The notes beneath the pieces are model-generated. The model worked only from the letters and a program-made list of their open reading frames with translations, was not told the origin of the DNA and did not search any database. From assembly GCF_003367075.2 (NCBI RefSeq), contig NZ_CP065936.1:1-32000 (forward strand): DNA of 32,000 bases, in the 5' to 3' direction. Made by a program: the position numbers and the translations under genes. Every line of letters begins with the position of its first letter. The stretch's first letter is position 1. Shown piece by piece: positions 17,831 to 28,734 of the stretch. Origin of the DNA: Cylindrospermopsis raciborskii Cr2010. GTDB lineage: Bacteria; Cyanobacteriota; Cyanobacteriia; Cyanobacteriales; Nostocaceae.

Positions 17831-19879
17831 CTAATCTTGACGCACCCCCCCTACTACTGGTTTCACTTCCTCCAAAGAAAAAGGATCAGCACCACCAACC
17901 CAATTAAAATCACTAACACGAATCATAAAACTACCAAGTTGTAAGGTAGGATTATATCTCAAGCTAACACCGTAGGTGCGCCGATTATACTCTATTATGT
18001 AATCTGTATTGCTTGCCTTACCTGTGTCCACATTAATAGCTGTTTGAAACCCAAAACGAAATGGACCATAAATTTGCTGTGAAATACCTGCACTAATTAC
18101 CTTATTATCTACAAAACGATCAAACAAAAAGGGTGAAGTTCCCGTGTTGAATCCCTGAGAATAACTAATGTTAAAACCTGTATAGTCGAAAAATGACCGA
18201 GAAAAATGACCCACCTGTCCCACCAATCCTACCGTCCCAATCAGACTACTTTGGTCATCCCCACTGGTGTAATAGCTAGTTGTACCCGTAACACTGGCGA
18301 TCGCACGCAAGTAAGGTACAACGGGATTAGATGTATACTTTAACCCTTGTTTAGGGGTTGCTGGTAAGGGTTTTCCCTCCCATAATAATAAACCACTGCC
18401 CAGAGATGCACTAGCTTGCAAACGTCCCAAAGACACCCGATCATTTCGTCGTTGAGGTGAAAGTAAACTAAGGCGATCTGTGTTAGAGTTAATATACTGA
18501 CCCCCTCCCTGGAAATTAAGGTTAATACCACTTTTCCCCAGGGGGATCAGGGGAGAAGAGATCAGACCGCCCACACTACTTTGTACGGTTTGAAACCCGA
18601 GAGTGCCATTATACAAGCGATCGCGGTAGCTATATTCTAAATTGAGTGTGTAAGGATTTTCTTTTCCTACTGATTGTTTTAACCTTACACTTCCCCGGGA
18701 ATGATCTTCCAACTTGTCTAAATTGAGACTAGTTAATTCTCCTGCACCTTCTATGGAGGTTCGGGGACCTAAAGTGCTATTTATTTTAGTTTTTACCCCA
18801 AATAAATCGGGCACATTACTACCATTTTCAATAGATTTCTGTACAAAGAACTGTGGTGTTACGGACCATCTAGTTGTCTCCGTATTCAGGAGGGTAAAAC
18901 TACGTTCCACGTAAAAACCACCCCTTTGACCATTATCAAAACCGGGGGCCACTATAAAAGGATATATATCCCGCTGACGACGGTCAATTTTCTGTTTATC
19001 TATGGGAATAGGTAGAACAAAATTTTGGTCAAATACTAAACGCTGATGCTGGGTGGTAACCCGATCTACTAAGGGAGACTCTTGTCTTAACTTTACCTTA
19101 GATGCTCGTAATTCCAACTCTGGAGGAGAAAAGGGATCATTAGTAATTCTCACCTCTTCAGCTTCCCAACCACGGGGATAAAAATCCACCCGTTGGGCTT
19201 CAAATCTAGCGCGATTGACTGCTCCTCCACTTCTAGTTACGGGAATATTGCTGGCATCAACCCGCCCACCCAAGTTAATATCAACACCTCCTGGGCTGGT
19301 AACTTGACTAATTGGTTGATTCGCAAGAATACGTTCACTGGGCAGATTTGACATAGCACTTGGGTTTCTTTCTCTATCAGGAGAAAAATCTAAGTCACTA
19401 CCAACCGAAGGTAGATAAATCTCACCCCTAGCATTTTCCAAATTCCCTGTATCCTGAAGAAAATTATAGGTAAAGCGTTCCCCCCGTAAGATCTGACTAC
19501 CTCTGGTGATCACCACATTACCTTCTCCAACCACAATTAAATTGTCTAAATTAACTTGTAGTCGATCAGCATTAACTATGGCTCCATCAAATTTAACTGT
19601 GACCTTTCCCAAGGCTGTTACAATTCTTCTGTTGGTGTCATATTCTTGCTTGTCCGACAGCACTTCCACTATCCTAGGTTGAACCTGTGAACCAGTTGCA
19701 GAGGGTTGAGCTGAAGTGGTAAATTCTAGTTTGGGAGGGGCGATCGCTTGATTATTAACTGGACGGGAATAGAACTGAAGAGTATTGCCTGTTTTATTTT
19801 TTACTGAATAGTAATTAGATTGAAGTTGTATGTGTTCACAAGCAGTAGGTAAATTAGGTGGCAAAGCTGGATGGAGCAT
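17831..19879 (-). CDS. DUF3769-like cyanobacterial protein with N-terminal OstA/LptA-like segment; probable outer-membrane beta-barrel
   Basis: 682 aa; NRRIVTALGKVTVKFDGAIVNADRLQVNLDNLIVVGEGNVVITRGSQILRGERFTYNF (OstA-like) and long alternating hydrophobic beta-strand-rich C-terminus. Confidence 0.72.
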   Translation of the reverse strand: MLHPALPPNLPTACEHIQLQSNYYSVKNKTGNTLQFYSRPVNNQAIAPPKLEFTTSAQPSATGSQVQPRIVEVLSDKQEYDTNRRIVTALGKVTVKFDGAIVNADRLQVNLDNLIVVGEGNVVITRGSQILRGERFTYNFLQDTGNLENARGEIYLPSVGSDLDFSPDRERNPSAMSNLPSERILANQPISQVTSPGGVDINLGGRVDASNIPVTRSGGAVNRARFEAQRVDFYPRGWEAEEVRITNDPFSPPELELRASKVKLRQESPLVDRVTTQHQRLVFDQNFVLPIPIDKQKIDRRQRDIYPFIVAPGFDNGQRGGFYVERSFTLLNTETTRWSVTPQFFVQKSIENGSNVPDLFGVKTKINSTLGPRTSIEGAGELTSLNLDKLEDHSRGSVRLKQSVGKENPYTLNLEYSYRDRLYNGTLGFQTVQSSVGGLISSPLIPLGKSGINLNFQGGGQYINSNTDRLSLLSPQRRNDRVSLGRLQASASLGSGLLLWEGKPLPATPKQGLKYTSNPVVPYLRAIASVTGTTSYYTSGDDQSSLIGTVGLVGQVGHFSRSFFDYTGFNISYSQGFNTGTSPFLFDRFVDNKVISAGISQQIYGPFRFGFQTAINVDTGKASNTDYIIEYNRRTYGVSLRYNPTLQLGSFMIRVSDFNWVGGADPFSLEEVKPVVGGVRQD

Positions 19880-20020
19880 GTCTGAGCAAGATTAAGCTAA
19901 AAAGTGTTTTTTCCCTTATACGTAAAAGTACAAGGGATGTTTGTCTTTTGATGAGACCTGTTTAGAATGATGTAAACTGGCTAGTCTCTTATATCTTCCA
20001 GCAGTTGCAGATGAGTCTGT

Positions 20021-20137
20021 TTATTCTAAATCGCGACGACCAGGGTTACGAGCGGGGTCATTGGATAGAAATCCAAAGACAAAAATTCCCACAAAGAACG
20101 CAACCACAATATAAACGACGATTTTTAGAGTCACCAT
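20021..20137 (-). CDS. psbI: Photosystem II reaction center protein PsbI (38 aa), below the ORF-track size cut-off
   Basis: Reverse strand translates [38 protein letters not shown], highly characteristic of PsbI. Confidence 0.97.
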   Translation of the reverse strand: MVTLKIVVYIVVAFFVGIFVFGFLSNDPARNPGRRDLE

Positions 20138-20353
20138 AAAATTATCTCCCAAGGGTAAGAAAAAAAGTTATTAGCAATCCACTCCGCAGAAAAGATAGCA
20201 TTACTATCTTACCTACATTAGACCAATTTTTTGGAGATGGAAGCTGAAACTTATTGATATTCTTGCCACGGTTAAACTAGGGTTAGTTTTTACATATTAC
20301 AGTAAGTATAGCCATAACTATTATTTTTTATAAACGTTATAGCTAAACTTGTA

Positions 20354-21028
20354 TTATAAACGGCTTTTTACTACTTTTGCTGGAACACCTAAAGCTACAG
20401 AATAGGGAGGAATATCTTTAGTTACAACTGCTCCCGCACCAATTACACTTCCCTTACCAATAGTAACCCCATCCAGTACGGTTACTCCGTGTCCCAGCCA
20501 ACAATCATCTTCAATCACAATCCCCTGACAACTGATACCTTGCTTTTTGATAGGTAATGAACGTTCTGCAAAATTATGATTGTTAGCAAAAATACCACAT
20601 TGGGCTGCTATCATACATTCCCTACCAATTTTTATATTTCCAGGCCCAGCAATAAGAACATTGGGTGCTATGAAAGTATCCTGGTCAATATGTATTTGGG
20701 TATTTTCCATACAACCTATATCCACATTACGCTCTATTGCCACTCCATTACCGAGAAAAATCCTGTTTTTTGGATGTCCATGGGCATCCAAACGTACATT
20801 TTTAAAAATATGTACCCCATGACCAATTTCAATAGCTGGGGTGGCAATAAATTCTACACCATGCTGAATATAAACCTTTTTCCCCATTGCTGCAAATAAA
20901 TGGCGATATAATAGCCTCCTGAGTTGTGGTCCAAGAAAAATTGTTGGCATATCACCCAGAAAAGTAATTGCCAATAGTTCTGTTAGTCGCTGTAATTTTG
21001 CTGAATATTTTTGGCTACTCATGGTCAT
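20354..21028 (-). CDS. Hexapeptide-repeat acyltransferase (WbbJ/maltose O-acetyltransferase-like)
   Basis: Left-handed beta-helix repeats IGRECMIAAQCGIFANNHNF..IVIEDDCWLGHGVTVLDGVTIGKGSVIGAGAVVTKDIPPYSVALGVPAKVVK. Confidence 0.88.
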   Translation of the reverse strand: MTMSSQKYSAKLQRLTELLAITFLGDMPTIFLGPQLRRLLYRHLFAAMGKKVYIQHGVEFIATPAIEIGHGVHIFKNVRLDAHGHPKNRIFLGNGVAIERNVDIGCMENTQIHIDQDTFIAPNVLIAGPGNIKIGRECMIAAQCGIFANNHNFAERSLPIKKQGISCQGIVIEDDCWLGHGVTVLDGVTIGKGSVIGAGAVVTKDIPPYSVALGVPAKVVKSRL

Positions 21029-22078
21029 ATATTGCTCCCATTATCTTACCCAAATTTCCAATTTTATGTTTCGAACAATGGTAGTTAACTGCACTAAGTA
21101 ACTTTTATCTCAAGGCGTATTCTTTTGAGTATTGATCTACAGAATATTGATCCTAAAACCACATTTATTCAATGACTCAAGTTTATGGCAAATATACCAG
21201 TGATTACCAAAGTCTGACATTAATCACCTTGCCAACTAATTGAGTTAAGATAAAATACGGATCTTAGCTATGAATGTAATGACAATAATAATTTACGGAG
21301 GTCACTAGGAACTAAGACAAGACCAGGCATAACACTTTCAATTATGCTCTAATTTTTATCTTTATCAATTCCGACTGATTACCGCTAAATTACGAGATTA
21401 TCGAGATTATATTTTTTATAAAACTTCAGGGTGGAGTGTCACCTACTTCGGCCATGATGTTAAACTTGACCATTGGTGCAAACAGGTAAGCACTTCCTCG
21501 ACAGCTATGTCGTATGTCCGGTAACAAATTCGTAGTGTATACTGCTCTAGTCATGCTGCACACAATCATCTATAGGCTAAAAGAACTGCTCCTGAACTAA
21601 ATATTCTAGAAGTGGAACCTAGACCCCATCATAACACAATTTTTTTGGTTGGACAAGTACTCGACAAAAATCCGTTAATTTACTTAAAGATTGTATCTGT
21701 AATCTTTATTGCTTAACTTTCTATACTTTTGCATGAGTTTAAATATAAAATAATATCATAGAAATGATTGGTCAAAAAGTCCCTTTTCTAAAAGGTGGGA
21801 AATATCAAAACGGGAGCCAAGTACTTGCATCAGCGATTCACTATGGCTATTAATACAATCCTAATGGGTTTTGTCATGTTGTTGAGAGTTGACCAAATCT
21901 AAAACAATCCTTAAATTTAGTAAAATAATCAATAGTAAAGGATAGACGAAAAAACTATTTTGGTGTAAATTAACCCAATGTGTGAGAAAACAACTCGTTA
22001 GGTAAAGTGATCAGAGGTTCACAAATCATACTCTCAAGAAGCAATATTAAGGTAAAACCAGTAAACAATTAACCATAG

Positions 22079-24667
22079 TTGAATTTAAATTCCTACCAGA
22101 TTATGCAACCAATACGCAAATTTAATGTTTCTCCCTCACTACCTCAACTGCTAGAACCCTTGCGAAAACTGGCATACAATCTCCATTTCGATTGGAATGT
22201 GGAGACTAAAGACCTATTTCGTCGCCTAGACCCAGATCTGTGGGAATCTAGCCATCATAACCCCGTCTTAATGCTAGGTACTATCAGTCAGGGGAGATTA
22301 TTAGAAGTAGCTGAAGATGAAGGTTTCCTGGCACAAATGGACCGTGCAGCTCGTCAATTGGAAGATTATTTACAGGAGCGCAGCTGGTATCAAAAACAAC
22401 GTAATCAACCACTCAAAGAGTGCTACGCCTATTTTTCAGCAGAGTTTGGACTGGTGGATTGTTTGCCCGTCTATTCAGGAGGTTTGGGTGTTTTGGCTGG
22501 GGATCACTTAAAATCTGCCAGTGATTTGGGATTACCCTTGGTTGGTGTGGGCTTACTTTACCAACAAGGGTATTTCGCCCAATATCTCAATGCTGATGGT
22601 TGGCAACAGGAGCGTTACCCCATCAATGATTTTTATAATATGCCTTTGCATTTGGAACGTAATCCTGATGGTTCTGAGTTAAGAATCGCTGTGGAATATC
22701 CAGGACGCAAGGTATATGCTCGAGTGTGGCGAGTCCAGGTGGGAACAGTCCCTCTCTATATGTTGGACACGAATATTCAACCCAACAAGGCTTATGACCA
22801 CGATATCACCGACCAGTTATATGGTGGTGATGTTGATATGCGTATTCATCAGGAAATGATGCTGGGGATCGGTGGCGTGCAAATGTTGAAGGCGCTGGGT
22901 TATAACGTCACCGCCTATCACATGAACGAGGGTCATGCTGCTTTCTCCGCTTTGGAAAGAATTCGTATCCTCATCCAAGAGGAAGGTCTCAGTTATGCCC
23001 AAGCTAAACAGGTGGTAGCCTCTAGTAATATTTTTACTACCCACACTCCCGTACCAGCAGGAATTGACTTGTTTGCACCTGATAAAATTTTACACTATCT
23101 GGGTTACTACGCTGATATTTTTGGTTTGCCTAAAGAGCAGTTTTTGGGACTGGGTAGAGAAAACACTGGTGATTTGTCAGGTCCCTTTAGTATGGCAGTT
23201 TTGGCCCTGAAAATGGCAACATTTTCTAATGGGGTGGCTCAGTTACATGGTGTGGTCTCCCGGCAAATGTTTCAGGGTTTATGGCAAAAAGTCCCTGTAG
23301 ACGAAGTACCAATTACATCTATCACTAATGGAGTTCATGCCCGTAGTTGTGTGGCTAAGTCAACTCAGGAGTTATATGACCGCTACCTGGGACCTAATTG
23401 GTCATCAGCTCCCCCAGATAATCAAATCTGGGAACGGATGGATTCTATTCCTGATGAAGAACTATGGCGCAACCATGAGCGATGTCGTCTGGATATGATA
23501 TTGTATGTGCGGGAACATTTGGTGAAACATTTACGAGATCGGGGAGCATCAGCTTCAGAAATAGCCCAAGCACAAGAGGTTCTTGACCCCAATGTTTTAA
23601 CTATTGGTTTTGCTCGTCGTTTTGCTACCTATAAACGTGCAACCTTATGGATGCGTGATATAGATAGGATTAAGCACATACTGTTAGCTAACAAACACCG
23701 AAAAGTACAGTTTGTGATTGCGGGTAAGGCACACCCTAAAGATATTCCAGGGAAAGAGCTGATTCAGGATATTAATCACTTTATTCGTGAACAGCATCTG
23801 GAAAAGCAGGTAGTGTTTGTGCCTAATTACGACATTCACATTGCTAGGCTGATGGTAGCTGGTTGTGATGTGTGGTTAAATACGCCCCGCCGTCCTCGGG
23901 AAGCATCCGGTACTAGTGGAATGAAAGCAGCTATGAACGGACTGCCTAATCTCAGTGTGTTAGATGGGTGGTGGGATGAAGCTGATTATGTTCGTACTGG
24001 TTGGGCAATAGGTCATGGAGAAAATTATGAAGATCCTAATTATCAAGACCAAATAGAAGCTAATGCTCTCTATGAGTTGCTGGAAAAAGAGGTTGTCCCC
24101 CTATTCTATGACCACCGAGATGAAGATGGCCTACCCAGACCATGGGTGGCAAAGATGAAGGATGCAATTCGATTGAATTGTCCCTTGTTTAATACAGCAC
24201 GTATGGTCAGAGAATACGCTGTTAGAGCCTACTTCCCAGCCAGCGATCGCCATCATACCTTAACATCAGATCACTATGCACCAGCCAAGGAATTAGCTCA
24301 CTGGAAATCTATATTGAGCGAACATTGGTTCAATATCAGAATTAAGGACATTGATGTATCCACAGGGACAGAAATTGGGGTGAATCAAAAGGTGGGAGTA
24401 ACCGCCAAAGTTGATCTAGCCACTTTAACTAGCCAGGATGTGCGGGTAGAGCTATATCAAGGAGCCATTGATGCTAATGGTGACATTGTCAATGCTATTC
24501 CTGTGGAAATGAGTTATCATGGGCAAGATGATGGGGGTTTAAGTATTTATACTGCCGATATTACCTATACCAGTTCTGGTTTACAGGGTTTATCTTTGCG
24601 GGTTTTGCCCCATAACCAATACCTTTCTAGTCCATACGAACCTAGGTTAATCGCCTGGGCGGAGTGA
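22079..24667 (+). CDS. glgP: Alpha-glucan (glycogen/starch) phosphorylase family protein
   Basis: 862 aa; YFSAEFGLVDCLPVYSGGLGVLAGDHLKSASDLGLPLVGVGLLYQQGYF, TSGMKAAMNGLPNLSVLDGWW. Confidence 0.93.
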   Translation: MNLNSYQIMQPIRKFNVSPSLPQLLEPLRKLAYNLHFDWNVETKDLFRRLDPDLWESSHHNPVLMLGTISQGRLLEVAEDEGFLAQMDRAARQLEDYLQERSWYQKQRNQPLKECYAYFSAEFGLVDCLPVYSGGLGVLAGDHLKSASDLGLPLVGVGLLYQQGYFAQYLNADGWQQERYPINDFYNMPLHLERNPDGSELRIAVEYPGRKVYARVWRVQVGTVPLYMLDTNIQPNKAYDHDITDQLYGGDVDMRIHQEMMLGIGGVQMLKALGYNVTAYHMNEGHAAFSALERIRILIQEEGLSYAQAKQVVASSNIFTTHTPVPAGIDLFAPDKILHYLGYYADIFGLPKEQFLGLGRENTGDLSGPFSMAVLALKMATFSNGVAQLHGVVSRQMFQGLWQKVPVDEVPITSITNGVHARSCVAKSTQELYDRYLGPNWSSAPPDNQIWERMDSIPDEELWRNHERCRLDMILYVREHLVKHLRDRGASASEIAQAQEVLDPNVLTIGFARRFATYKRATLWMRDIDRIKHILLANKHRKVQFVIAGKAHPKDIPGKELIQDINHFIREQHLEKQVVFVPNYDIHIARLMVAGCDVWLNTPRRPREASGTSGMKAAMNGLPNLSVLDGWWDEADYVRTGWAIGHGENYEDPNYQDQIEANALYELLEKEVVPLFYDHRDEDGLPRPWVAKMKDAIRLNCPLFNTARMVREYAVRAYFPASDRHHTLTSDHYAPAKELAHWKSILSEHWFNIRIKDIDVSTGTEIGVNQKVGVTAKVDLATLTSQDVRVELYQGAIDANGDIVNAIPVEMSYHGQDDGGLSIYTADITYTSSGLQGLSLRVLPHNQYLSSPYEPRLIAWAE

Positions 24668-24671
24668 GCTA

Positions 24672-26123
24672 TTATTCAACCTTTTTTCCTTGAATCTTGG
24701 ACAAAAGCTCTTCTTTAATCCGATTCAAAATAGAGGTCTCATCCAAGTTAGATAATATGTTGGTTACTACTGCTTTGGGACCTTCTGGACCCCAGGTGGC
24801 CCCATTAGCTAGGTAGGCTTTAGTCACTTGCCCAATTCCGTAAGATGATACGCCTGCTACTCCTGCTTGAGTAATCGCTACGGATAGATAAGGTCCTAAA
24901 GTTATTCCAGCTGTGGCAGTTGCGGACAAACCTAATATGGTTTTCAGCCCACTTAAACCTAGGTTTGCCAGCAACTCGCTCACTCCAATTCCACCCATGC
25001 TCAAGGCGATTTTTTGTAGCAGTTTCACAGCGCCACTTTGGGTCATTTCAATGCCATAGAGCTTGGATAGACCTAAAATTATGGCTATGTCAATAGCTAT
25101 ACTACTGACAATATCAACTACAGTAACAGGATTGAGGGCGATCGCCAAAGCCTTAATCATTACCGCTTTCCAAATCAACTGATTAGCACTTTCTTCTCTA
25201 ATGATTAACTTCCGCTTTACTATTTGTTCACTTACAGTATCAGCGTAGAGCATAGTGTTTAAAGCTACTAATGCTTTTCCTTCTCGTTGCAAGATCTCCA
25301 GAATTTTCAGCTTTAATTCTTCTACTTGGGCCTTCCCTGCTTCTAATCGTATAGTCCTAGCTCCATCAGCTTGAACTAGGGCAGTCTTAACTAGAGGTGA
25401 AGCAGCACACATGACTATTTCCTGGGGTGAAACTAATTCTTTAACCCTGTCATCCCGGATTTTTTCATAAATTGCTAGGCGGTCAGTTATGGGATACTGG
25501 TCAATTTTATTGAAAACTAAAATAATTGGTTTACCTACTGTTCTTAACTGGGAGAGAGCTACCTGTTCAATCTTAGTCATATCGCCAGCAATAACAAATA
25601 AAATTAAATCTGCTTGTTTTGCTACCTTTTGTGCCAAAGCAGCACGAGTTTCTCCATCAACTTCATCTAATCCTGGCGTATCTACTAAAACTACTTGGGA
25701 TTGATCTGGGGAGAGAAAAGTAGCTTTGAACGTACCCATAGCTTCTTGGGAGATAGTCCAGTTAACTTTTTGTTCCGCACGGGTAACCCCATGTAAAGGC
25801 CCAGTTTCAAATATTGGCTGACCGACCAAAGCATTTAGAAGAGAAGACTTGCCTCTTCCTACCATGCCAAAGGCTGCTATTTGTACTACCATGTCTTCTA
25901 ATTTTCCCAACATGGTTTCTAAATCCGCTATTTCACTTTCTAATCCAGACAGTTCCTGAGAGGTCAGGTCAAGACTGGTCACTAAAGTTTTCAAAGCTGT
26001 TTTAGCTTGTCCATAGTTCAGTTCCGCTTGAATATTTCCAAAACTGAAAATCGCCTCATCCAGTTCTGCATCAGAAGAGTTATTGTTTTCGGGTTGGGGT
26101 AATTTAGATGTGATATTTGTCAT
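24672..26123 (-). CDS. Era/dynamin-like GTPase with C-terminal hydrophobic helices (DUF697-like)
   Basis: GMVGRGKSSLLNALVG (G1), VLVDTPGLDE (G3), NKID (G4), C-terminal LNPVTVVDIVSSIAIDIAIILGLSKLYG. Confidence 0.82.
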   Translation of the reverse strand: MTNITSKLPQPENNNSSDAELDEAIFSFGNIQAELNYGQAKTALKTLVTSLDLTSQELSGLESEIADLETMLGKLEDMVVQIAAFGMVGRGKSSLLNALVGQPIFETGPLHGVTRAEQKVNWTISQEAMGTFKATFLSPDQSQVVLVDTPGLDEVDGETRAALAQKVAKQADLILFVIAGDMTKIEQVALSQLRTVGKPIILVFNKIDQYPITDRLAIYEKIRDDRVKELVSPQEIVMCAASPLVKTALVQADGARTIRLEAGKAQVEELKLKILEILQREGKALVALNTMLYADTVSEQIVKRKLIIREESANQLIWKAVMIKALAIALNPVTVVDIVSSIAIDIAIILGLSKLYGIEMTQSGAVKLLQKIALSMGGIGVSELLANLGLSGLKTILGLSATATAGITLGPYLSVAITQAGVAGVSSYGIGQVTKAYLANGATWGPEGPKAVVTNILSNLDETSILNRIKEELLSKIQGKKVE

Positions 26124-26209
26124 ATTATTTATTTTTGCTCCAAGGGGTCACAAAAAGTAGTAGAGTTAGGAGTTGATCTGGTAGCGTTAGCATCTTAATA
26201 AAATCACCT

Positions 26210-26935
26210 GTGCGAAAAATAGTTATTGCTGGTAACTGGAAAATGTTCAAAACCCAGGCGGAATCAGAGGAATTCCTGCGCGGATTTCTGCCTGAATTAG
26301 AGGAAACACCTTCTATAAGAGAGGTTGTATTGTGTCCCCCCTTTACAAACTTAAATGTTATGTCCAAATATTTACACGGTAGTCGTGTGGGTTTGGGCGC
26401 GCAAAATGTCCACTGGTCAGAAAATGGAGCCTATACGGGTGAAATTGCCGCCCCCATGCTCTTGGAAATAGGTGTTCGCTATGTTATTATTGGGCATAGT
26501 GAAAGACGGCAATATTTTGGCGAAACCGATGAAACTGTTAACCTGCGCCTTAAAGCTGCCCAAAATTATGGGCTAACCCCAATTCTCTGTGTGGGTGAAA
26601 CTAAACAACAACGAGATGCAGGGGAAACAGAAAAACTAATCTCTTACCAATTAAAACATGACTTGGTAGATGTAGACCAAACTAAACTGGTTATCGCATA
26701 CGAGCCAATTTGGGCAATTGGTACGGGGGACACTTGTGAGTCCGCAGAAGCAAATCGGGTCATTGGATTAATTCGCTCTCAATTGACTAATGATAAGGTG
26801 CCAATTCAGTATGGTGGTTCTGTGAAACCCAATAATATTGATGAAATCATGGCACAATCGGAAATAGATGGTGTTCTCGTCGGTGGCGCCAGTTTGGAAC
26901 CGGAAAGTTTTGCCAGAATTGTCAATTATCAATAG
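26210..26935 (+). CDS. tpiA: Triosephosphate isomerase (GTG start)
   Basis: 241 aa; [46 protein letters not shown]. Confidence 0.97.
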   Translation: MRKIVIAGNWKMFKTQAESEEFLRGFLPELEETPSIREVVLCPPFTNLNVMSKYLHGSRVGLGAQNVHWSENGAYTGEIAAPMLLEIGVRYVIIGHSERRQYFGETDETVNLRLKAAQNYGLTPILCVGETKQQRDAGETEKLISYQLKHDLVDVDQTKLVIAYEPIWAIGTGDTCESAEANRVIGLIRSQLTNDKVPIQYGGSVKPNNIDEIMAQSEIDGVLVGGASLEPESFARIVNYQ

Positions 26936-26963
26936 GTAAGGGGAGTAGGGGCCAAGGTCAATT

Positions 26964-27812
26964 ATGGCAAATCTAGCAAATAAATTAGTTATTCGACAAA
27001 GCTGTTTTAACTGGGGGACAAAAACCTATATAATGGGGATTTTAAATGTCACCCCCGACAGTTTTAGTGATGGTGGCGAATTCAACACAATTGCTAGTGC
27101 TGTAGCTCAAGCTCGCGCCATGATAGCTGCTGGGGCTGATATTATTGACATTGGTGGGCAATCAACTAGACCAGGGTCACAACAAATCACCCTCGCGGAA
27201 GAAATGGAACGGGTACTGCCAGTAATAAAGGTAATTAGACCAGAAGTGACTATACCCATTTCTATAGACACCACCAGAGCTGCTGTGGCCCAAGCCGCTG
27301 TCCAATTGGGTGCTGATATGGTTAATGATATTTCTGGTGGAACCTATGATCCAGAAATGTTGTCAACCGTGGCCAATCTAGATGTGCCCATTGTGCTGAT
27401 GCACATCCGAGGAACTCCCCAAACTATGCAAGAGTATGCTCAATACCAAGATGTGATAGGTGAGATTTATGATTTTTTGTCCCAGCAAGTAAATAGTGCA
27501 ATTACCTTGGGGATCAAACGAGAAAAAATAATTATTGATCCCGGTATTGGTTTTGCCAAAAATCATCAACAAAATCTACAAGTTATTCGGGAACTGTCTA
27601 GGTTAAAAAGCCTTGAACTCCCCATTTTAGTCGGCCCATCGAGGAAAAGTTTTATCGGTCAAATTTTGAACCAACCCAATGCAAAGGATCGTGTATGGGG
27701 AACGGCCGCAGCTTGTTGTGCAGCCATTTTTCATGGTGCTGACATTCTCAGAGTTCATGATGTTAGTGCCATACGAGACGTGTCCCTTGTTGCTGATGCT
27801 ATTTATAAGTAG
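26964..27812 (+). CDS. folP: Dihydropteroate synthase
   Basis: 282 aa; IMGILNVTPDSFSDGG, DIIDIGGQSTRPG, IIIDPGIGFAKNHQQN, GPSRKSFIG. Confidence 0.96.
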   Translation: MANLANKLVIRQSCFNWGTKTYIMGILNVTPDSFSDGGEFNTIASAVAQARAMIAAGADIIDIGGQSTRPGSQQITLAEEMERVLPVIKVIRPEVTIPISIDTTRAAVAQAAVQLGADMVNDISGGTYDPEMLSTVANLDVPIVLMHIRGTPQTMQEYAQYQDVIGEIYDFLSQQVNSAITLGIKREKIIIDPGIGFAKNHQQNLQVIRELSRLKSLELPILVGPSRKSFIGQILNQPNAKDRVWGTAAACCAAIFHGADILRVHDVSAIRDVSLVADAIYK

Positions 27813-27828
27813 GGCTAAGTAGGATTTG

Positions 27829-28713
27829 TCACTTTTTGCCATTACCGGGTCTCTTACCCTCATCTTCTGTTCCTGGTTGGGAAATTAACTCCTCAAACAT
27901 CCCCGTGGAATTAGCTGGATCTACAAAGACAATTTTGGCGTTATTGCTTTCTCCCAACTTCTGACTAGCTTGGACATAATCCTGGGCTACAAGATACCGT
28001 AAAATATCTTTACTTTCGGGATGGGAACGCAGCGCCTCGGAAATAATTTCCATAGATGTTCTAGTTCCCTCAGCTTTTTTGATTGCTGCTTGTCTTTCTC
28101 CCTCTGCTGCAGAAATCACTGCTCGCTTTTTAATTTCTGCTGCACGTTCTTCTTCCATGGATTTTCTTACGCTTTCTGGCGGTGTAATTCTTTGGAAATC
28201 TAAGCGCATGATTTCTACCCCCCAGGTCTGGGAGGTCAAGTTTAACTGGTCTAGTAGGGTATTGTCTATGTTTGACCTAGCCATGTTAGTTTCTTCTAGG
28301 GTGTTCTGCGCTAGAATTTCTCGCACTGTGGTCACTGCTAAATTGTTAAGTGCATCTTGTAGATCATCAACAGCATAAAAACTTCTTTCTATATCCACAA
28401 TACGCCAGTAAACTACCGCATCCACTTCTAGATAAATACCATCCTTGCTAATGACATTCTGGGGACTAATATCTAAAATCTGTTCTCTATTGGTGTCTTC
28501 CATGACGATTTGATCTAGTAAGGGAACTATAAAGTTAATTCCCGGTTTCAGTTTTCGATGATACCGCCCTAGACGTTCCACTAATGCTTCATTGCCTTGA
28601 CTAACCAATTTGGTAGATCCAAAGGCATAGCCCATAAGGGCTAAAGCTATAGCAATAATTGGCTCCATATATGCTCCTAAGCTCTTGGAAAATTGAGTAT
28701 AAAATGGCATCAT
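27829..28713 (-). CDS. SPFH/band-7 (stomatin/prohibitin-like) membrane protein; the likely real start is the internal Met at 28668 (MEPIIAIALALMG)
   Basis: ALVERLGRYHRKLKPGINFIVPLLDQIV...REQILDISPQNVISKDGIYLEVDAVVYWRI, KAEGTRTSMEIISEAL. Confidence 0.9.
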   Translation of the reverse strand: MMPFYTQFSKSLGAYMEPIIAIALALMGYAFGSTKLVSQGNEALVERLGRYHRKLKPGINFIVPLLDQIVMEDTNREQILDISPQNVISKDGIYLEVDAVVYWRIVDIERSFYAVDDLQDALNNLAVTTVREILAQNTLEETNMARSNIDNTLLDQLNLTSQTWGVEIMRLDFQRITPPESVRKSMEEERAAEIKKRAVISAAEGERQAAIKKAEGTRTSMEIISEALRSHPESKDILRYLVAQDYVQASQKLGESNNAKIVFVDPANSTGMFEELISQPGTEDEGKRPGNGKK

Positions 28714-28734
28714 ATCATATAGTTAACAAAAAAG

